DNA from: Minisyncoccota bacterium
GTDB lineage: Bacteria > Patescibacteriota > Minisyncoccia > Phycocordibacterales > UBA9973
Direction: 5' to 3'
Assembly (NCBI GenBank): GCA_036405895.1
Contig: DASWWS010000002.1
Location: forward strand, 20,903-84,902
DNA: 64,000 nt
In this document: positions 59,900 to 64,000 of the stretch, piece after piece
How the letters are laid out: each line of letters opens with the position of its first letter
How positions within the stretch are numbered: the stretch's first letter is position 1
Notes under the pieces: model-generated
The model's input: only the letters and a program-made list of their open reading frames with translations
The model's database searches: none
Told to the model about the DNA's origin: nothing
Program-made: the position numbers and the translations under genes

Positions 59900-60379
59900 A
59901 TGGACCCCGAAGTACAAAACCACCCTTCTGTCGGACCCACTCACACGAGTACGCTCGACGAAAAAATAACCGCAATGGCGCACGAACTGCATGTTGAAGT
60001 GCCTGAAGGAGCGCTTCCCTTATCACTGAAGCTTGTCTGCGTGTTTACGCTCATTGGAGGACTGAGTATTATCGGCAGTCTTTTTGTCGACATCATCCGG
60101 CCGAGCAACACAATCAGCGCAGGGCTCTATATCATGCGCCTTGCGGTGGGCGTTACTGCCGTGGGAGCAGCCTATGGCATCATCCGCAAAGAGCGATGGA
60201 CCATGTGGTTCTATGGAGTACTTATGATGATGGGCTTGTTCCTCAACCCCGTCACCGCCGTCATCCCGGCACTGGTGCTTGTCTCTCTCTATCGTACCCG
60301 CCACCTGCTTGCACCCTCAAAACTCGATTTGATGATTGAATACTACTGGGAAGTGATAAAGAACAAGCTTCGCGAATAA
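59900..60379 (+). CDS. Hypothetical membrane protein
   Basis: Hydrophobic ORF, TATACT 8 nt before ATG 59900. Confidence 0.7.
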   Translation: MDPEVQNHPSVGPTHTSTLDEKITAMAHELHVEVPEGALPLSLKLVCVFTLIGGLSIIGSLFVDIIRPSNTISAGLYIMRLAVGVTAVGAAYGIIRKERWTMWFYGVLMMMGLFLNPVTAVIPALVLVSLYRTRHLLAPSKLDLMIEYYWEVIKNKLRE

Positions 60380-60396
60380 TGTGCGATACTGAGGGG

Positions 60397-61242
60397 ATGA
60401 ATTGTATTACTCTCCTTCGCATCAGCCGTCCGCGCTTTTGGCTCTATGAAGCCGCAACGTTTGCACTCATTGGCGCAGTCGCCGGAGCCGCCGATACAGC
60501 ATTTCTTTCAGATTGGCGTTTTTGGACATTTACTCTTTATTTCCTTATTCCCGCCAACCTGCTGATATACGGCGTCAATGATATCTACGACTACGAGACA
60601 GATCGACTCAATCCCAAAAAAGGATTATACGAAGTACTCGTGCATCCGGATATGCACAGCACGCTATGGAAATGGATCATCTTTACCACGCTCCCGTTTC
60701 TCTTTTTTATTCCCTCTTCATTCCCCCTTATTGCATCATTTGCTGCATTTCTTTTTTTTGCACTAATGTATTCAGCAAAACCAATCCGCGCAAAAGCAAT
60801 TCCAATTCTTGATTCGCTCTTTTCAGCAGGGCATTATGTTGCAACGGGGGTCTTTGGATACTACCTTGCAGGCGGCACGGTATTTCCGTGGATTGGAGTA
60901 ATCGCGGGCATGTCGTGGGCAATTGCCATGCATGCCGTGAGTGCCGTTCCGGATATTGAAGCCGATACTCGAGCAGGCCTTTCTACCATTGCAACGCTTT
61001 TGGGCAAGCGCGGCACGCTTTCACTGTGCGTGATATTGTACGGAGTTGCCGCAGTTATTACCCGCGATATCCTCCCGCTTGCAAGCATGGTGGGTGGATT
61101 TGCTTTTATCTATGCAATGCACCGAATGTTCCGCGCACGCACACAAGCCGCACTCTTTCGCGAATACACCTACTTCCCGCTACTCAATACAACAGTCGGA
61201 GCACTCGTATCGATTACGCTGATGCTGAGCCTTTTCTCTTAA
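60397..61242 (+). CDS. UbiA-family prenyltransferase, lycopene elongase (LyeJ/CrtEb)-like
   Basis: SRPRFWLY, PANLLIYGVNDIYDYETDRLNPKKG, YSAKPIRAK..PILDS, AVPDIEAD; next to crtI/crtB. Confidence 0.8.
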   Translation: MNCITLLRISRPRFWLYEAATFALIGAVAGAADTAFLSDWRFWTFTLYFLIPANLLIYGVNDIYDYETDRLNPKKGLYEVLVHPDMHSTLWKWIIFTTLPFLFFIPSSFPLIASFAAFLFFALMYSAKPIRAKAIPILDSLFSAGHYVATGVFGYYLAGGTVFPWIGVIAGMSWAIAMHAVSAVPDIEADTRAGLSTIATLLGKRGTLSLCVILYGVAAVITRDILPLASMVGGFAFIYAMHRMFRARTQAALFREYTYFPLLNTTVGALVSITLMLSLFS

Positions 61243-62750
61243 ATCTTCTCCAGTGGAAACGGGTCGGCAATTCCTTCGATGCGCTTGTACGCAAGCTCAG
61301 CCGAAATAAGGCAGATAGGCATGCCGATTCCAGGATTGGTGCCGGCTCCCACAAAATACAAGTTCGGGATCTTTGGATGAATATTGTTTGGGCGGAAAAT
61401 CGCCGTCTGCCCGAGAGTATGAGCCAGGCCAAGCGCTGTCCCCTTAAAGGCATTGTAGTCCGCAATAAAGTCTTTGATGCAGTATGAGCGCTCGACAACA
61501 ATGCGGCTCGCAAGGTCCGGTGCCTCAAACGCTGTGGCAAGTTCAGCTATCACCTTGTCGCGATACTCTTTCACAAATGCTTCAGTATATTCAAGCCCAG
61601 GCGCTATGGGAACCAGTACAAAAAGGTTCTCGCACCCCTCTGGTGCAACAGTGCTGTCGGTTTTTGACGGTGCGCAGACATACAGTGATGGGTCAGTCGG
61701 CCAGGATTTTGTTTTTCCGAATATTTGAGAAAAGCTTTCTTCCCAGTGCTCCGAGAAAATAAGGTTGTGATGTCGCGCCTTTGGAAGCGTGCCTGAAACG
61801 CCGAGGTATAAAATAAACGCGCTTGGCGCAAGCGTGCGCTTGTTCCATGAGCGGTCTGAATACTGCTGGTATTCTCCTCCCAACAGCACGCGATCAGTGT
61901 GCACAATGTCCGCATTGGAAACAACAATATCCGCGCGGTGTTCGGTGCCGTTTGCAAGAAGCACTCCCTGCGCGCGGCCACCCTCTACGATGATTTTTTC
62001 AACCGGCGCATTGGTGATGACGCTCACTCCGTATTTTTTCGCAATTGACTCAAGTGCCCGTGGGACCGAAACAATACCGCCTTTAGGGTACCAAATACCC
62101 AGCCCGAAATCGACATAGTTCATCATGCTGTATATTCCCGGCGTGTCGCCCGGTGCGGTGCCCAAGAGCACGGTCTGATACTGCATCACCTTTCGCAGAA
62201 TCTCGCTCTTGAACAACTTTTCAATGATTGCTTTTTGCTTCTTAAACAGCGGAAGCTTCGCGCCAAGCTTCATTACCCGCTTGTTGAAAAAATCAAAAAT
62301 AGAGTCGTAGTTTTTGTACATAAACTCGTGTTTTGCGATTTCGTACTGCTCTTTGGTGGTTGCCAAGAATTCCTCGAGCACTTTTCCGGAACCGGATTCA
62401 AATGACTCAAACGTCGCTTTGTTCTTTTCGATGTCACCGTAAAAATCGTGGTGCGTGCCGTCGCTTTTCAAAAAAATGCGGTATGAAGGAGAGAGCTTTT
62501 CAAGGGAGAGGTATTCTTCGATATGTTCACCCATCATAGAGAAATAGTGCTCGAACACGTCCGGCATCATGTACCAGCTCGGCCCCATATCAAAGGTATA
62601 GCCGTCTTTCTGCCACAATCGGGCACGGCCTCCAATTGATTCGTTTTTCTCGATAACTGTCACGGCATACCCGCGCTTTGCAAGCATGGCTGCAAGCGAA
62701 AGTCCGCCAAGGCCGGCTCCGATGATTAGTGCGCTTTTTTTGTGTTCCAT
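61239..62750 (-). CDS. crtI: Phytoene desaturase
   Basis: IIGAGLGGL, FDMGPSWY, WYPKGG, VSNAD, HHNLIF, NLYFVGAGTNPGIGMP. Confidence 0.9.
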   Translation of the reverse strand: MEHKKSALIIGAGLGGLSLAAMLAKRGYAVTVIEKNESIGGRARLWQKDGYTFDMGPSWYMMPDVFEHYFSMMGEHIEEYLSLEKLSPSYRIFLKSDGTHHDFYGDIEKNKATFESFESGSGKVLEEFLATTKEQYEIAKHEFMYKNYDSIFDFFNKRVMKLGAKLPLFKKQKAIIEKLFKSEILRKVMQYQTVLLGTAPGDTPGIYSMMNYVDFGLGIWYPKGGIVSVPRALESIAKKYGVSVITNAPVEKIIVEGGRAQGVLLANGTEHRADIVVSNADIVHTDRVLLGGEYQQYSDRSWNKRTLAPSAFILYLGVSGTLPKARHHNLIFSEHWEESFSQIFGKTKSWPTDPSLYVCAPSKTDSTVAPEGCENLFVLVPIAPGLEYTEAFVKEYRDKVIAELATAFEAPDLASRIVVERSYCIKDFIADYNAFKGTALGLAHTLGQTAIFRPNNIHPKIPNLYFVGAGTNPGIGMPICLISAELAYKRIEGIADPFPLEKI

Positions 62751-63589
62751 AGTGTTGTGGTGATTATTGAAAATTTGCGCACAGTACTGGTGCGGACCCG
62801 CCCCTTAAAACTATCGTACCCTCGCATTTCGATCTCGTCGAGAATTGCCGAGTAGAGCGCGCTTGCAACCGCCACGGCGCGATGCCCGCGCGGATGCAAC
62901 AGTGCAATCCCTTTGTCGCTCTCTCGAAAAAGCGCGCGGGCACGCCCCATTTGAAATTGCATGAGCGCCTTCCACGCATCGTCTGTGCGCTTCTCGGCAA
63001 TATGCATCTCTGTTACGCCATAGCGCTCCATGTCTTCGCGCGGCAAATAGATGCGGTTGCGAAGCATATAGTCTTCATCAATATCGCGCAGAAAGTTTGT
63101 CAGCTGCATGGCGTCTCCCAATGCTTTAGCGTACGGGAGCGCGCCTTCCTCAAAGCCAATGAGGTGCGTCATCATCAGCCCTACTGCAGCAGCGGATCCG
63201 TACATATACTCTTCGAGCGCCTCGTATGTTTCGTAGCGCTCTACCGTAAGGTCCATTGCCATGCTTTTAAGAAAGGCACGAGAGTATTCAAATGGAATAG
63301 TATATTGGTCGTGCACACTTTTAGCAGCGATCATAATCGGGTTTGCGCCGGCCGGCAGTTCGCCCGCCACAAGCGCTTCCCAGTCTGCAGTCCATTTCGC
63401 AAGTTCAGCTGCTCCCTTTGCATGGTCAGGCTCGGTGTCTACCATTTCGTCCGGAATCCGAACAAAGGCATACAGTATCCACGTTGCCTCCCGAAGCGCG
63501 CGAGGAAAAAACCAGGTGGCGCGATAATAGCTCGTGCCGTAAAAACGGGTAATGTCGCGCGCTTTTGTAATGGCTTCTTTTGTAATCAT
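62726..63589 (-). CDS. crtB: Phytoene synthase
   Basis: YAFVRIPDEMVD, YMYGSAAAVG, LGDAMQLTNFLRDIDED, RIYLP. Confidence 0.92.
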   Translation of the reverse strand: MITKEAITKARDITRFYGTSYYRATWFFPRALREATWILYAFVRIPDEMVDTEPDHAKGAAELAKWTADWEALVAGELPAGANPIMIAAKSVHDQYTIPFEYSRAFLKSMAMDLTVERYETYEALEEYMYGSAAAVGLMMTHLIGFEEGALPYAKALGDAMQLTNFLRDIDEDYMLRNRIYLPREDMERYGVTEMHIAEKRTDDAWKALMQFQMGRARALFRESDKGIALLHPRGHRAVAVASALYSAILDEIEMRGYDSFKGRVRTSTVRKFSIITTTLWNTKKAH

Positions 63590-63646
63590 GGATGACAGCA
63601 CGCGAAGGTAACGGAGCCATTGTAGCATACGAGTGTTTACCTCCCT

Positions 63647-63677
63647 TAAACTAGCAAGGACCGTCCTTGCTAGTTTA
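63647..63677. repeat. REP-like B unit
   Basis: TAAACTAGCAAGGAC-C-GTCCTTGCTAGTTTA, abutting a stop codon at 63678. Confidence 0.9.
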
Positions 63678-64000
63678 TTACTTCGCCTTCTCAGCCCACT
63701 TCACAAACAATTCCTTCGGAAGTTTTACATTCGAAACATCCTTCGTCGCAATTTCTTCCACCGGGTACTTGTTGATGAGGTTCATCTCCCACTGGGTGTC
63801 TATGTCATCGACAATTTCGTACGCACGCTCAAGATCTTTGTCTTCAAATGCAATTTCCTCTTCTGAAATATATTCGCTCACAAATCGGTCTGCCCACTCT
63901 GCAATGTCTGCATGAGTGACAGTATCAGAAGAAATGCCCATATCCAGGACTTTTCGAAGAGAAGCAAGAGTGAAGGGCAGTTTGATTGCGGGGTCTGTAG
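63678..64000 (-). CDS. Hypothetical acidic protein, probably 3' part only
   Basis: Frame of ORF 63678-63941 stays open to the window end (…IKLPFTLASLRKVLDMG…). Confidence 0.6.
   Translation of the reverse strand, partial: TDPAIKLPFTLASLRKVLDMGISSDTVTHADIAEWADRFVSEYISEEEIAFEDKDLERAYEIVDDIDTQWEMNLINKYPVEEIATKDVSNVKLPKELFVKWAEKAK

Noticed and set aside
1-64000. Alternative genetic code (UGA=Gly) as in Gracilibacteria/Absconditabacteria
   Set aside because: All conserved genes are full length under code 11 with no internal TGA breaks

Overview
A 64-kb stretch of a small-genome bacterial chromosome. Gene set, protein forms and gene order suggest Patescibacteria/CPR, probably Parcubacteria; this is inference. 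It uses the standard code. Core genes: tgt, mreBC, proS, rpsB-tsf, tRNA-Thr(UGU), an rpoB-rpoC-dnaG-rpoD run, rpsP-khpA-trmD, rnr, groES-groEL, secG and rnj. An AT-rich defence island (about 27.7-35.1 kb) carries two DNA methyltransferases, a short PD-(D/E)XK nuclease, Shedu and a Gabija-like OLD nuclease/UvrD pair. The accessory right half holds stress and envelope genes, a mannose GT4/GH130/PMI/PMM operon, secreted inhibitor-like proteins and a crtB-crtI plus lycopene-elongase-like carotenoid locus. The clearest unexplained DNA-level signal is a dispersed REP-like palindrome family (core AGGAC-C/G-GTCCT, 11 units at 6 loci) with covarying arms. It brackets mutY as 47-bp inverted repeats, and one unit sits in frame inside a gene. 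Also seen: a second family of long hairpins with shared AGAAAAATA/TATTTTTCT arms, and many -10 boxes 6-9 nt before start codons, suggesting leaderless mRNAs. All calls come from manual motif reading; no database searches were run.
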